Assembly: GCF_001194135.2 (NCBI RefSeq)
Contig: NC_068981.1
Location: 103,807,468-103,871,467 of the forward strand
DNA from: Octopus bimaculoides
Lineage: Eukaryota
DNA length: 64,000 nucleotides
Direction of reading: 5' to 3'
The translations under genes were made by a program, and so were the position numbers. Positions 12,885 through 25,289 of this stretch are shown in pieces. The notes below the pieces were generated by a model, which was given only the letters and a program-made list of their open reading frames with translations, did not search any database and had not been told where the DNA came from. Numbering within the stretch: the stretch's first letter is position 1; the number at the start of each line of letters is the position of its first letter.

Positions 12885-13120
12885 AGTTACTGTCTCGAGT
12901 TATGCTGACTCATAAGGGTTGGTTTCCATGGCGTATAAATTCTCTACCTGGACAGGATGCCAGTCCATCACAAGATTACTCATTTTTGCCAGTTGAATGG
13001 ACTGGAGTAATGTGAAATGAAATGTTTTGCTCAAGAACACTTGTTGCCCAATCCACGAATCAAAACAGCAGTCTTACAATCATGAGTCCAATACCCTAAC
13101 CACTAAGCCATACACCTCCA
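12885..13120 (-). mobile_element. SINE family E; second copy at ~5885-6118 (-)
   Basis: Shared ccctaaccactaagccat head (reverse A box) and ggagcaacgtgaaatgaagtgttttgctcaagaacac-like core. Confidence 0.6.
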
Positions 13121-13997
13121 CAATAGTAGTATGTGATGTGCACTGCCCAATAAATAGCCTTTTAGCAGTAGCATGACCTGCTAGACATACTTGTCTAATC
13201 TCACTCAGATTACACCCCATTGTCTTTAAAAAAAAATGGTCACATGGGACAAGGTAGTATTCGATAAAGATAATAGGTCTGTTTGATCTGGGTTAACTTG
13301 AGATAAACAACAAAAACTGGTATGTGCTTATTTCTTTATAGCTGATGGTTGGGTGGGAGTGAGATATCTGAGGCAGAGGTGATACCAATAACATTTTGCA
13401 GGATCTCTCAGTTTGACCTTGAACTTGCAATTATGCAAGCTTAGATTAAGAGAGATTGCAAAAGTTCAAGATCAGACTTGATGAACTTCAATCTTAGCAA
13501 ATATTCATTTATAAAAAAAAAGAAATGAAAACAATGAAGAGTTACAGTTCTGAAGAAGGAATTGTAAAAGTGTTTATAGTATAATTGCAGATATGGGCAA
13601 TCTTTTGCAGGAAGCAGGCTGCTCAAGATGAGGCTTATCATCAGGCAGGCTGCACCATTTGAAATGCATCAAGATTTGGAAAGTTAGGGATGGTGTTTGA
13701 ATATTTACACTACATGTTTATACTATGTTGACTTGCATGCCTGAAAGTATGGATATAGTTGAGGCTTAGCTTTGTAGTGTGTTCAAGAGTATTACCTGTG
13801 TATTGTTCACAGCAAGAGAAAGTGTAATTCTACAAGATGGTTTCCTTGATGTGTATGATGAGTATGCTTTGATGCTAGTTGCTGTATTGTCTTCATCGTT
13901 AGATGTTTATGGTCTCAGTTCATGGAAGCAGTGAAAATCTGGTGTGAGGCATTCAGGTTATCTGTATGTGCATGATGCCTGTGTACAGAAGGTTTAA

Positions 13998-14214
13998 CTC
14001 TTTCGTTACTAACCCGGCTGAAACTGACTCTGGCTCTGTAGTACAAATGTCTAGTTTTCATAAGTTTTGAATTAAAATCTTCCACCAAACTTTAGTCAAA
14101 ATTTAGGTTCCTAATATTAGCTAAATGATAACTAAGTTATCTTACTAAATTCTTTGTTATATTTAAAATAATTAAAAGAAACGCAGAGCATCTCAAAATA
14201 AAGTAACGAAAGGG
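13998..14214. mobile_element. piggyBac-type MITE
   Basis: TTAA|CTCTTTCGTTAC ... GTAACGAAAGGG|TTAA. Confidence 0.75.
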
Positions 14215-16559
14215 TTAAACAGAAATGGAAGGTTTTGTGTTGTATCTGTAAAACGGGTTCTCAAACATTTTCTTCCTGGATACTCCATCATGCCTGGCAT
14301 TGTTGGTGTACCCTGTGTAAAGAATATACTGTAAAAAAAAATGATTGGGTATTATAGAACAGACACTAGACACTTATTTGTTGTTAATTCAATTTAATTT
14401 AAAGAATTCAAATCTTCTTGTGGTCAACTTTACCTTTTATCCTTCTGAGTCCAATGAAATAAAGTAGCAGTCAAGCTCGATATAATTAGCTATTTCCTCT
14501 CACCAAAATTTCTGGCTTTGTGCTTACTCTTTACTCTNNNNNNNNNNNNNNNNNNNNNNNNNNNNNNNNNNNNNNNNNNNNNNNNNNNNNNNNNNNNNNN
14601 NNNNNNNNNNNNNNNNNNNNNNNNNNNNNNNNNNNNNAACCATGTCGTTGGTAAGCAAGCTACTTACCACACAGCCACTCCTGCTTATGTAAGAGATTAA
14701 AGTCAGTCAATTTAATATTACATTTTTAATGAGATGAATAAGCTTGACACTTTCTAACAAGTCACTCCATTCTAGACACAGTTTCAGAGAGTCATATTAT
14801 TTTCAGTTGACAGTCTTGCACTAAATTTGTTTTTGATTATAAACATTGTTGAAAGCTTTGTTCACAGTGACAGGTGGGTGAGAATGGCATAAGGATTTCC
14901 ACAGCTTTCCTTAGACACTTGAGTTGTTTTCAGTTGGTTGTGATTGCTTCAAAATCTCAGTATTTTTACTAGCCTTCGTACACCCTTGCAATTTCATTTG
15001 TGTATTTCAGTTTGGAAACCTCTGCTATAATGTGTAGCTTAGAAGAAGCAGTGAATTTATTATTAATGTATACAAAGGGAAGTGTAAGAGATATAACCAA
15101 ATACATCAGTGTTCATAAACAGTGGGTTGGAGAGAGTACCATTGACTCACATGGCAAAGGATCAGAAAGGAAAGAGAACGTTAGGGACATCAGTTTCATC
15201 AGGAATCTGGCACAAATTTAATCCAGTGACTCAGTCTTCAGTGATGTGACACTGTTCATAATTGTAATAATATTGATTTTTAACAGATATAGAGGTGTAG
15301 TTAATTAAATCAACCCAACAACTTGACCAGTATTTAGTTTATTTACACCACAAGAATAAAAGGCAAAGGTGACCCTAATAAGATTTGCATTCAGGTCATT
15401 AAAAAAAATGGAACTAGATACTGCAAGTCATTTTGTCCAGGACTCTATTTGCTGATTTTGATAGTCATTGTCCCTTTGCTTGCATTATTTCGTCTTAACT
15501 TTATTTTTCTTTCATTCTTTTTTCACACTTTGCTTTATTCAGTTTTTTTTTTCCTTCTTTCTTCCATATCTTCTCTGTCTTTTTCTTTTCATTCTTCGCT
15601 TTTGTTCGTCTCTGTTATTCTTTCTTTCTTTCATTCTTCCTTCCTTTTTCTCTGCTTCTTTGTCTCTTTGTTTCTTCCTTTTCTTTGCTTCTTTCTTTGT
15701 CTCTTTTCTTTTCTCTCTTTGTTTCCTTCTATTTCTCTTTAGCCATTCTCTCATCTTTATCTCTCCACCTTCATCTCTCTCTCTCCTCTTTTTCCCCCTC
15801 TCCTTCCTACTTACCATCAATTATCTCCTTCGTTCTCTCCTTTACTCCCTTCCACTTCACTATCCATCCTTACTCTCTCTTCTCTTTCTCCCCCGTCCCA
15901 CACTCCCTGCACTTTAATTCTTCATATTTCCCCACCATTCCTTGGCACTGACCACCTTCTTCCCTTCCCCTTACTCTCCGTTATGCTTCCTCTCCTACTC
16001 ATAAAAATACCAAAACTAATGTCTCATTACAGAGGTAGTGGTGGTGGTGGTGGTGGTGGTGGTGGTGATGGGTGGCTGGTTATTGATCCATTTCGACTGA
16101 TGAGTGATTAATTGATTGATTGACAGTTGTTGTTGTAAAACTCTGAAGAATGAAGCACCAATGCCATCGCAACCATTGCTACTGGTTCTCTCTACCACTA
16201 TCGCTAGCATCATAAAATCCAAGACAGTAATTATTATATGGAAGTTTGCACTTTTGATTCCATTACCCTAAACTTTCTTGTTACACATGCAATGTGTCGC
16301 TTTCATTGGGGGATTATTACATTTTGTTTTCTTCCTCTTCCCCTTTTGTTTCTTCACTTCCTTTTTCTTTCTAGCCTTTTCTGCTCCTCTATTCTATCTA
16401 TTTCTTCTCTGGTCCATCTACTTCTTCTCAGCACCATCTACTTGTCCTTTCTTCTTGTCTGGCTGACAAGCTAATAAAGAAGCCTCTATATGGTCACTTG
16501 ACCTACTAGAATTAACAGCTAAATTTCCTTCAATGATACTCTACCAGCTTATAAAAGTG

Positions 16560-17385
16560 AGGCGCAGGAGTGGCTGTGTGGTAAGTAGCTTGCTAACCAA
16601 CCACATGGTTCCGGGTTCAGTCCCACTGCGTGGCATCTTGGGCAAGTGTCTTCTACTATAGCCTCGGGCNNNNNNNNNNNNNNNNNNNNNNNNNNNNNNN
16701 NNNNNNNNNNNNNNNNNNNNNNNNNNNNNNNNNNNNNNNNNNNNNNNNNNNNNNNNNNNNNNNNNNNNNNNNNNNNNNNNNNNNNNNNNNNNNNNNNNNN
16801 NNNNNNNNNNNNNNNNNNNNNNNNNNNNNNNNNNNNNNNNNNNNNNNNNNNNNNNNNNNNNNNNNNNNNNNNNNNNNNNNNNNNNNNNNNNNNNNNNNNN
16901 NNNNNNNNNNNNNNNNNNNNNNNNNNNNNNNNNNNNNNNNNNNNNNNNNNNNNNNNNNNNNNNNNNNNNNNNNNNNNNNNNNNNNNNNNNNNNNNNNNNN
17001 NNNNNNNNNNNNNNNNNNNNNNNNNNNNNNNNNNNNNNNNNNNNNNNNNNNNNNNNNNNNNNNNTTACGTGTCACCCGCACGAAAACGGCCACGCTCGAA
17101 ATGGTGTCTTTTATGTGCCACCCGCACAAGCCAGTCCAGGGGCACTGGCAACGATCTCGCTCGAAAATCCTACAGGAGCCAGTCAGTGTCTGTGTTTGTC
17201 CCCCCACCATCGCTTGACAACCGATGCTGGTGTGTTTACGTCCCCGTAACTTAGCGGTTCGGCAAAAAGAGACTGATAGAATAAGTACTAGGCTTATGAA
17301 GCATAAGTCCTGGGGTTGATTAGCTCGACTAAAGGCGGTGCTCCAGCATGGCCACAGTCAAATGACTGAAACAAGTAAAGAGAAA
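16560..17385 (+). mobile_element. SINE family A copy or composite spanning an N-gap and including an RTE UTR piece
   Basis: Intact head ggcgcaggagtggctgtgtggtaagtagc at 16561, gap 16670-17064, RTE UTR-like 17065-17180, and family A 3' half to 17385. Confidence 0.75.
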
Positions 17386-17965
17386 GATATGTTGGGCAAT
17401 CTAGCCAGAGATACATTGTCTGAATGTAAGATGGGAAGGTTAAATATACAATATTTTTTTTTTACCATTAGTCTGCTTGATTAGCACATACTTGGGCTTA
17501 AACAAGAATAACAACAACAATAAAAATGTGCCAATAAGGAAATTTGTATGTGGGCATTCAGCCTACTAGGAATAACAGTCAAGTCTCCCTCAGATTCATT
17601 TTGTCTCATTAAAAAGCGAGGACACCTTTGATGTCTGAATATCAGACAAGATGGTCACGGCTGGAATGTCTTTGATTATAGGTTTGCTTGATCATGGCTG
17701 ATTTAGGGACTGAAAAACAATAACCTTGTTTATTTGTCTATCTCTTTCTTTTCTTTGTTTGTCTCTCTTTCTCTGTCTTTCTCACTCTTCCTATTTGTTT
17801 AGTAAATTCTGAAGAATCAATGAAGAATTGCTATTGCCTCTTATTGCTATCTCAAAATGCAAGAAAATAATTATGGCATAGAAGTTTGCTCTTTAACTCA
17901 GCATCCCTGAATCTTTTTCTTCTAACGCATGCAGTGTATTGCCATTTCTTTCCAAAACATTCCTT

Positions 17966-18029
<64 letters not shown>

Positions 18030-18434
18030 CCTCCCTTACTTACTCTCTCTTTCTTCCAGCTCCAGCTTCTGTTATTGCTTCATCTTATTGTCCTCCTCTT
18101 CTCCCATTGCTTTTCCTTTCTCTCTCTTTCAATTATCTTGTTGTTTTTTCAGATAACAATTTCCAACATTCTTTTCTCCTCTCTTCTTCCCTTCAGCTAG
18201 AGCATCTATCAGCCTTTCTTTCCCACCATCGCTTACTCATTTAATTTCTTATTCAATCCTGTCTTACTTCTTTCCTAGAAACTTGTTTCTTCCAATTTCT
18301 TCATTGCATTCTTCTTCTATCTCTTTGCCTTTCCTTTGGTTTAGGATTTTTTTCTACTTTACCTTATTCTCCAACTCTATCATCCTTTGCACTTTACACA
18401 CCCCTTCTCTCTCTCTCTTTCTCTCTCCCTCCCC

Positions 18435-18467
<33 letters not shown>

Positions 18468-19081
18468 TCTCTCTCCCTCTCTCTCTTGTCCACTCCAAAT
18501 TCTCATCCGCATCCACTATTTCTTTGAAACTTGTGCTTTCAAAACGTTTTTCATCCTTCACCCTGCACCTCCCCACCACACTTCTCTCTTTCTTTTTCCC
18601 TTACAACCTTTTCTAGATTTTTCTTTGTCTCACTCACTCTCCTCTTCTTCATAGGAAACATTGAAGCATTCTCTTTCTTTCTTTTTTCTCTCACATTTTC
18701 TTCTTATTCCTTTCATACACAATTCCTATGAAATTGCATTCCCTCTCTTTCCTTTTCCTCTCTATTCTCTTTCCCCCTCCCCCTCTCTCTTCAAGGTTAT
18801 TTCTCGAGTCATGTTGTTATTAACGAAATTTCTTGATTAGTTTCAGTTTTTTTTCTACAACAATTCTGAGACACTGTTGACAAACAAAATTTAAAAACCA
18901 AAATTTGTTTGCCCATAAACACAGGTATGAATCTGTGGTTAAGAAGCTCACTTTGCAACTATGTAGTCTTGGGTTCAACCCCACTGTGTTGCACCTGAGA
19001 CATGTGTGTCATCTACTATGGCCCTGGGTTGATCAATGTCTTGTGGATGAATTTGGCTGACAGGAAGTGTGTGGAAGACTG

Positions 19082-19118
<37 letters not shown>

Positions 19119-19154
19119 CACATGCATTCATCCATGTGTGTATGTGTGTGCATT

Positions 19155-19372
19155 AATAATAATAATAATCCTATTGTAGGCACAAGGCCTGAAGTTTTAG
19201 AGAAGGGAGCTAGTCGATTACTTTGATCCCAGTGATCAACTGATACTTGTTTTATCAACCCTGAAATGATAGAAGACAAAGTTAGCCTCAGCAGAATTTG
19301 AACTCAGAAGCTGAAGCCAGAAGAAATGCTGTAAAGCATTTTGTCTATCATGCTAACAATTCTGCCATCTCA
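19155..19372 (-). mobile_element. SINE family D with (TTA)n tail; further copies at 19597-19818, 22943-23805 (array), 33715-33925, 34555-34715 (+) and 46185-46360 (+)
   Basis: Recurrent gaatttgaactcagaa (reverse complement of a B-box-like ttctgagttcaaattc), gatgaaaggcaaagtt and cacaaggcctgaa motifs. Confidence 0.7.
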
Positions 19373-20863
19373 TCATTATCATCTTCATCATCATCATCAT
19401 CATCATACGTCCATTTTTCCATGCTGGCATGTGTTTGGACAGTTTGCAAAGAACAAACCAGCCGAAGTGCTTCACCAGGTCCTATGTCTATTTTGACATG
19501 GTTTCTACAGTTGGATGCCCATCCTAACACCAACCTCTTAACAGAATGTACTGGGTGCTTTTTATGTGGCATCAGCACTGGTAAAGTCACAAAGTGATAA
19601 TAATCCTTTCTACTATAGGAACAAGGCCTGAAATTTTGTAGGAGGGGTATAATCAATTACATTGACCCCAGTGCTCGACTGGCACTTTTTTCAACAGCCT
19701 CGAAAGGACGAAAGACAAAGTCAACTTTGGTGGGATTTGAATTCAGAATGTAAAGAAGGATGAAATGCCACTAAGAATTTTTCTGGCATGCTAAAGATTC
19801 TGCTAGCTCGCTGCCTTAGCAATAATAACAGCTTCACCCTAGCTGTCTCTCCAAAACTATTGATGCATGCTCAGAGCTGCCCATTTCCTTGGACCATACT
19901 CTATACTCTTCCCCACCTTTCATCCAATTTGTTAGGATGCGGCTGTTTCCTCTCCACTCTCATTCTTTTTGCCAAATATAACTTGAGAAAGTTGTTAAGG
20001 ACTTTCAATCTTGTCCAACCACACAAACTCTTTCATCAAGGCTACCGGACAGAAAGTACAAAATTCTAGCTCTTCCCAGGCAAAGGAAGAAATCAGGATG
20101 ATCTTCAAGAAGGACTCAGATGATAACTAGATTCATCCTGCATACAATACCAGCTGTCCAACATAACTCCCCAAGTCAGCAATACTTGGGCACTCGATGA
20201 GTCCATGAAGAATAGATTTATTGCCCTGCACACATTTCAGACAGGCTCAGCTGATGGTACTTCTGCTCTGTAGAGTTTATTGAACCAGCACAGTTGCACT
20301 GCCAGACCAAACAATTATCTTTTACACCATTATAAATCACCAATTGTTTAAGGTTGAGAGATACAATCAATTGAATTGAAACCTCAATGCAGAGCTAGTG
20401 CTTACTTAATCACTTGCTTTATCAACTACTCAGCCGTCTGGCCCAGAAGGAAGAAAAGCTATTTTGAAATATCAAAATTTGAGAATTGTAAAGAGATGTT
20501 TAAAGTCTGACATGTCATTATTTGTGGTTCATCAATAAATTCAGTTTTGCCTTAGCATTTCTTCCACTTTATATTAAAGTCCACACTTTTCAGTCATGCA
20601 CATAGATGTGATTGACTACTTACTCCAGTCCTTGAGTCATTCTATGCGATATTGGAAGCCTATCACCACTAAGTGAGCCTATACATACACATTTGCATTC
20701 ATATATATATATATATATATGTATATGTACATGTATGTGTGTGTGAGTGTGTCTAGCTAGCTGTACATACAACGTACATGTGCAACCACATTTACACAGA
20801 CACACACACTGACATTCACATATACACATATAAGTGTAATATGAGTGGAATGGTATATATGCT

Positions 20864-20951
<88 letters not shown>

Positions 20952-20996
20952 NNNNNNNNNNNNNNNNNNNNNNNNNNNNNNNNNNNNNNNNNNNNN

Positions 20997-21032
<36 letters not shown>

Positions 21033-21323
21033 TGGTTTGAGAAAGCTAGTGACAGGCAGTGGAATTTGATTTGGAATGCAAAGAACTGGAATAGATATAC
21101 TCAAGCAATTCCACCAATCTACCACCCTGAAATGGTATTTTATTAATCCACCCCTAAAGAATGCAAAGTTGATCTCAGTAGGTTATGAACTCAGAATGTA
21201 AAGTACCTGACCCAATACTCTAAGGTGTTCTTATCCAATGCATTGGATGACTTGACCAATTTTCTACCTCTGTAATCCTTTATTGATTGCACAAACTATA
21301 AAAATGTTTCATATTGTCATTAA

Positions 21324-21921
21324 CCCTTTAGCATTCAGATTTCTCTGTCAAATGTCATGCCTATTTATGCACATTGAGAAGACAATTCAAGTTGCATAAA
21401 ATGTGAGAAGACACATCAAGCTAAGTAAAATCGTAGTTCTTCTTGCATACAGGCATGTCCCCTGCATCCTTCTCCAGCTGAGCATTCCTAATCTTGCAGG
21501 CTCATGGGGCTGGTTTCATGTAAAAAGCACCTGTACCAGTGCCATGTAAACACACCTGTACCAGTGCTGTGTAAAAATCACCCAGTACACTCTGTATAGT
21601 GGTTAGTATTGGGAAAGGCACCCAGCCATAGAAACCATGGCAAAACAGACATGAAGCCTAGAAAGCTCCTCAGCTGGCCATATCCTGTTAAACTGTCCAA
21701 CCTATGCCAGTATGGAAAATGGACATTAAATGATAAAGATGATGATGTTCATTGATTTGAATTAGTCATTCATTACCTTGTAGCTTTGAGATGTCAATGA
21801 CATGATTGTTAATTTTCAGAATAATATTGTAGGGCAAGTACAAGAGGCCAGATCTGGCCAGTTTTAAGATAGAACAGATAGATTATTTTGGCTAGATATG
21901 GTCAGTTTAAATGTTAAATGG
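21324..21921. mobile_element. piggyBac-type MITE (second family) interrupted by an RTE 3' fragment at ~21377-21748
   Basis: TTAA|CCCTTTAGCATT ... AATGTTAAATGG|TTAA. The two halves match the uninterrupted copies at 41269-41488 and 50963-51169. Confidence 0.7.
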
Positions 21922-22186
21922 TTAAGTAGCTGATTTTTGTTAAATCAAACCTCAGTATATAGCTGGTACTTATTTTGTCATTCATTTTACCTTCTACAAG
22001 GATGAAAGCCTATTTGAACTCAGGATGGTAGAGAAAGAACACTAAATATAAGTATTTCAATCTGTTATGGCTGTATATATGACCTTATGTTATCTTTATT
22101 GTTTTGCATGTTAGAAGCAAACATTCTATTTGCATCTATTGTTTTCTGCTTATCTTTCTGCATCTAATATGAATACACTTTATCAG

Positions 22187-22314
22187 TTTGCAGCCATTGT
22201 CAGAAAACGAGGACGGGAATACTACAAGAAGCAACTCATTCCAGAAATCTTACACTCTTCACTCTTCTTATCAACAAATGCTTATAGTTATGTGACATTC
22301 TTCTGCCTGTGGCG
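22187..22314 (+). CDS. TMEM135: Internal coding exon of a TMEM135-like gene (peroxisomal/mitochondrial membrane protein), equivalent to vertebrate exon 2
   Basis: Acceptor ...cactttatcag| after a pyrimidine tract with a ctaat branch-like motif; donor |gtaagt. The 128 nt translate as FAAIVRKRGREYYKKQLIPEILHSSLFLSTNAYSYVTFFCLW(R). This aligns without gaps to human TMEM135 [43 protein letters not shown] (recalled, not searched). Confidence 0.9.
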
Positions 22315-25222
22315 GTAAGTTTGTACTTTAGTTAGCATATATTTCTTTCATCTTCATAATCTGCCTTGTTATGATTCTCCATTATTTTCACTGTCTTCCA
22401 GTCTTTAACAAAAAAAAAAACATGGGGGGAGGGGCTAATAAAATGCCTGAGTACTGCTCCTCTTCAAGAATAATTAGAAACATGATTACAAAATAATAAA
22501 ACAAGTTCCTTATTGTTATTGGTATTAATGTCAGAGAAATACATTCAATATGTCAATGAATGATTATGATAATGATAATATAGTCGTTATTGTTTAGTGC
22601 ACAGATCAACCTTAGCATTAAGCACACCTATGTCTTAAGGCATTGTAAGATAGGTGTGACTGCTGAATGTATTTTCCTTTTTCCAGACTATGTAGCTCTG
22701 TTACGCATTTTTTTCTAAAGACTATTAGATGTGATTTGAAGGAGATTTAATTACTATTTCTAGAGAAGTTTGTGTGACTGCACAAGGCTTCTTAGACCAG
22801 GGGTGGTGGAGAAAGATATCCTCAAATTGGAGATATGCCTGAATGCTTGCACCAAACAAAGTAAACCCCAATTAAGGCACCAAAGTGAAGGTGTTAAACT
22901 GGGCAATGGATTAAGTCTACGACTTTAGAACACAATGGCTATATTTGAACTCAGAATGGAAAGAGCTTGAAAAAATACTACAAAGCCTCCTATCTGGTGC
23001 CTTAACAATCCCATCAGCCCACTGCCCTAGGCTGGTGCTTTATTCATTAACCCCAGTATGATAAAAGGCAAAGCTGACTTTAGTAGGATTTGACCTTAGA
23101 CTGCAAGAAGCTGAAATAAATTCCACAAGGCATTTTGTCCAATGCTCTACCATTTCTGGTTATTTGCCCCCTAATTATGTAATATTGGTTTCGAATTTTG
23201 ACACAAGGCTAGAGGTTTTGGGAGGGAGTAAGTTGATTACATTGACCCCAGTATTCAACTGATACTCATTTTATCATCTCCGGAAGGATGAAAAGCAAAG
23301 TTGATCCCAGTGGAATTTGAACTCTGAATGTGAAGACAGATTCTGCCTGCTCGCTGCCTTACTTGTTGTAGCAATAACAATGTTTATTTCTAACATAGAA
23401 ACTAGACCTCAAATGTAATGGGATGATATAATGAAATATACTTAATTTCAGTACTTAATTTTATCAACCCCTGAAGGATGAAAGGCAGAGTGTTACCTTT
23501 GCAGAATTTCAACTCAGGACCTAACAAAATACTACCAAGGCATTTTGTCCACTATTCTACTGTTTCTGCATCCCCTATTCCCTAGTGATAATAATAGGAG
23601 TTAAGATTTCTTACACAAGGCCACAAATTTTAGAGAGTGTCAACTAGTCCAATGTTTCATTGTTATCTGTTTTATTAACCCCAGAAAGATAAAAGAGAAA
23701 ATTAACCTCAGCAGAATTTGAACTCAGTACATGAAGAGACGTAACTAAATATCACAAAGTATTTATCATATTACTCTTAAGGATCCTGCTAATCCACCAC
23801 CTTCTGCCAAGAATAAATGAATAAAAAATTAAACAAAAACAAAAAAAAAGAAATGAATACCCATAGTTACTTTGAAATTCTTTAAATGTCAGTTTGTCTT
23901 AATGGCTGTTAAAAGCTAGTAATGTCCATTTTTCATTAAAGCTTACTTCCAGCTGCAAAAACAGTTTACTCAAATGTCTGTTTTCGTTTTTGGAACCTAC
24001 AATCTGTGTATTTAGTTCTTCAAGTCAAACTGTTGGCATGTAAACACACAATTCTTACCTCCACCCTGCTATTCCTTTCTCATGTTGTTCTTTGTCTTCC
24101 TGCTTCTTTCATTGATTCTATTGTTGTTATTGATGCTCTGGTTTTTTTTTGTTTTTTTTTATTTTCCCCATTTTTATTTTATTTTGTTTTTTTTATATAT
24201 ATTTCTATTTTCCTTTTTTTTTGTTTTTTATATTTTCATTTTTTTCTTCATCCTCTTCATTTACTTCTATTTCATTTTCATCTTTCATTTTCTTTATTTT
24301 TTTTTTGTTTTATTTTATTGCTTTCTTCTTTCTCAATTATTGTGTAGCCTAAAGGCAGCCTGATCAAGCAGACTTTGACATGTAAGTAGTCAGTCAAAAA
24401 CCTAGATTTGATTCAAAGATGCACTGTTCCAGACACACCATATATTTGCCTGATTAAGGATCTCACTGCATGCTCCAACATACAGTGGTTTAACTCTTTT
24501 ACTCCCATTGTCCAGTTTGTTTCCATGTGCCTGTTAATGTCTCATCCTAGTCTAGTCCTTACTAAGAAGGCCTAAAATCAAAGACATTTCAGACCATTGT
24601 TTTTCATACAGTTTATTTTAGACTATATTGTCCAGTGAATCCCTTTCTTGTATTTTATATCAGAAGAGTATGATTTTAGGGAAATTTAGCTGCTACTTCT
24701 AGCTATTTGAATGACCTTCTAGAGGCTCTCTTGTTAGCTTGTAATTTCTGCTGGTGTCCATACCAAGAATGTGTGATGTCAGCACCTTTGTTTCCCTCTT
24801 CACCTATGTTTTGGTTTTGTGTAGCACTTTGGGCAAGTGTTTTCTTTGGGCAAGTGCATCAACTACATCTACTGCCCAATCTGATAGAATTCTAGCAAAA
24901 CTGTGTAGCAACAGATCGCCAGCAATTGCTTCATCAAAAATTGCCATCCTAGCTCCTGTGAAAAGGGATTACCCTGCTATGTATAATCAGGGCAGCACAA
25001 AAAGTTGTTTTGCACAAGCATTTGTATAACCAATTAAACGGATGAAATTTACGTACGTTTAATAATGTTACGCAAAACAGCCTTCAGAATTTCCCTATTA
25101 ATTTCATCGTCTTTTAAATTATGAACATATTTACATCATAAAGGATTTTTCGTTCTAAGGCTTTCTTTTTTAGTTGATTTTCACCTAGCAAGACTTATAG
25201 TAGATGGCGTAATAAGTCACAC

Positions 25223-25249
25223 CCGGACAACGTCCGGTTATACTGCTAG
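25223..25249 (+). mobile_element. Helitron 3' terminus (hairpin + CTAG); 5' end not defined
   Basis: The hairpin CCGGAC-AAC-GTCCGG is followed 8 nt later by CTAG and then T, the canonical Helitron 3' signature. Confidence 0.7.
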
Positions 25250-25289
25250 TATATAATATGTATTAGATATATATATATATGTATATAAT

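Noticed and set aside
16630-17254. ORFs of 130-209 aa containing X runs (also at 14518, 20757, 41946-42573, 49479-50073 and 54667-55296)
   Set aside because: They are open only because they read through N-gaps.
19850-20340. Unique, moderately GC-rich blocks here and at 26880-27190, 42660-43110 and 48600-48790
   Set aside because: No open frame, splice-bounded exon or recognisable motif. They may be old transposon debris or regulatory DNA, and this needs a homology search.
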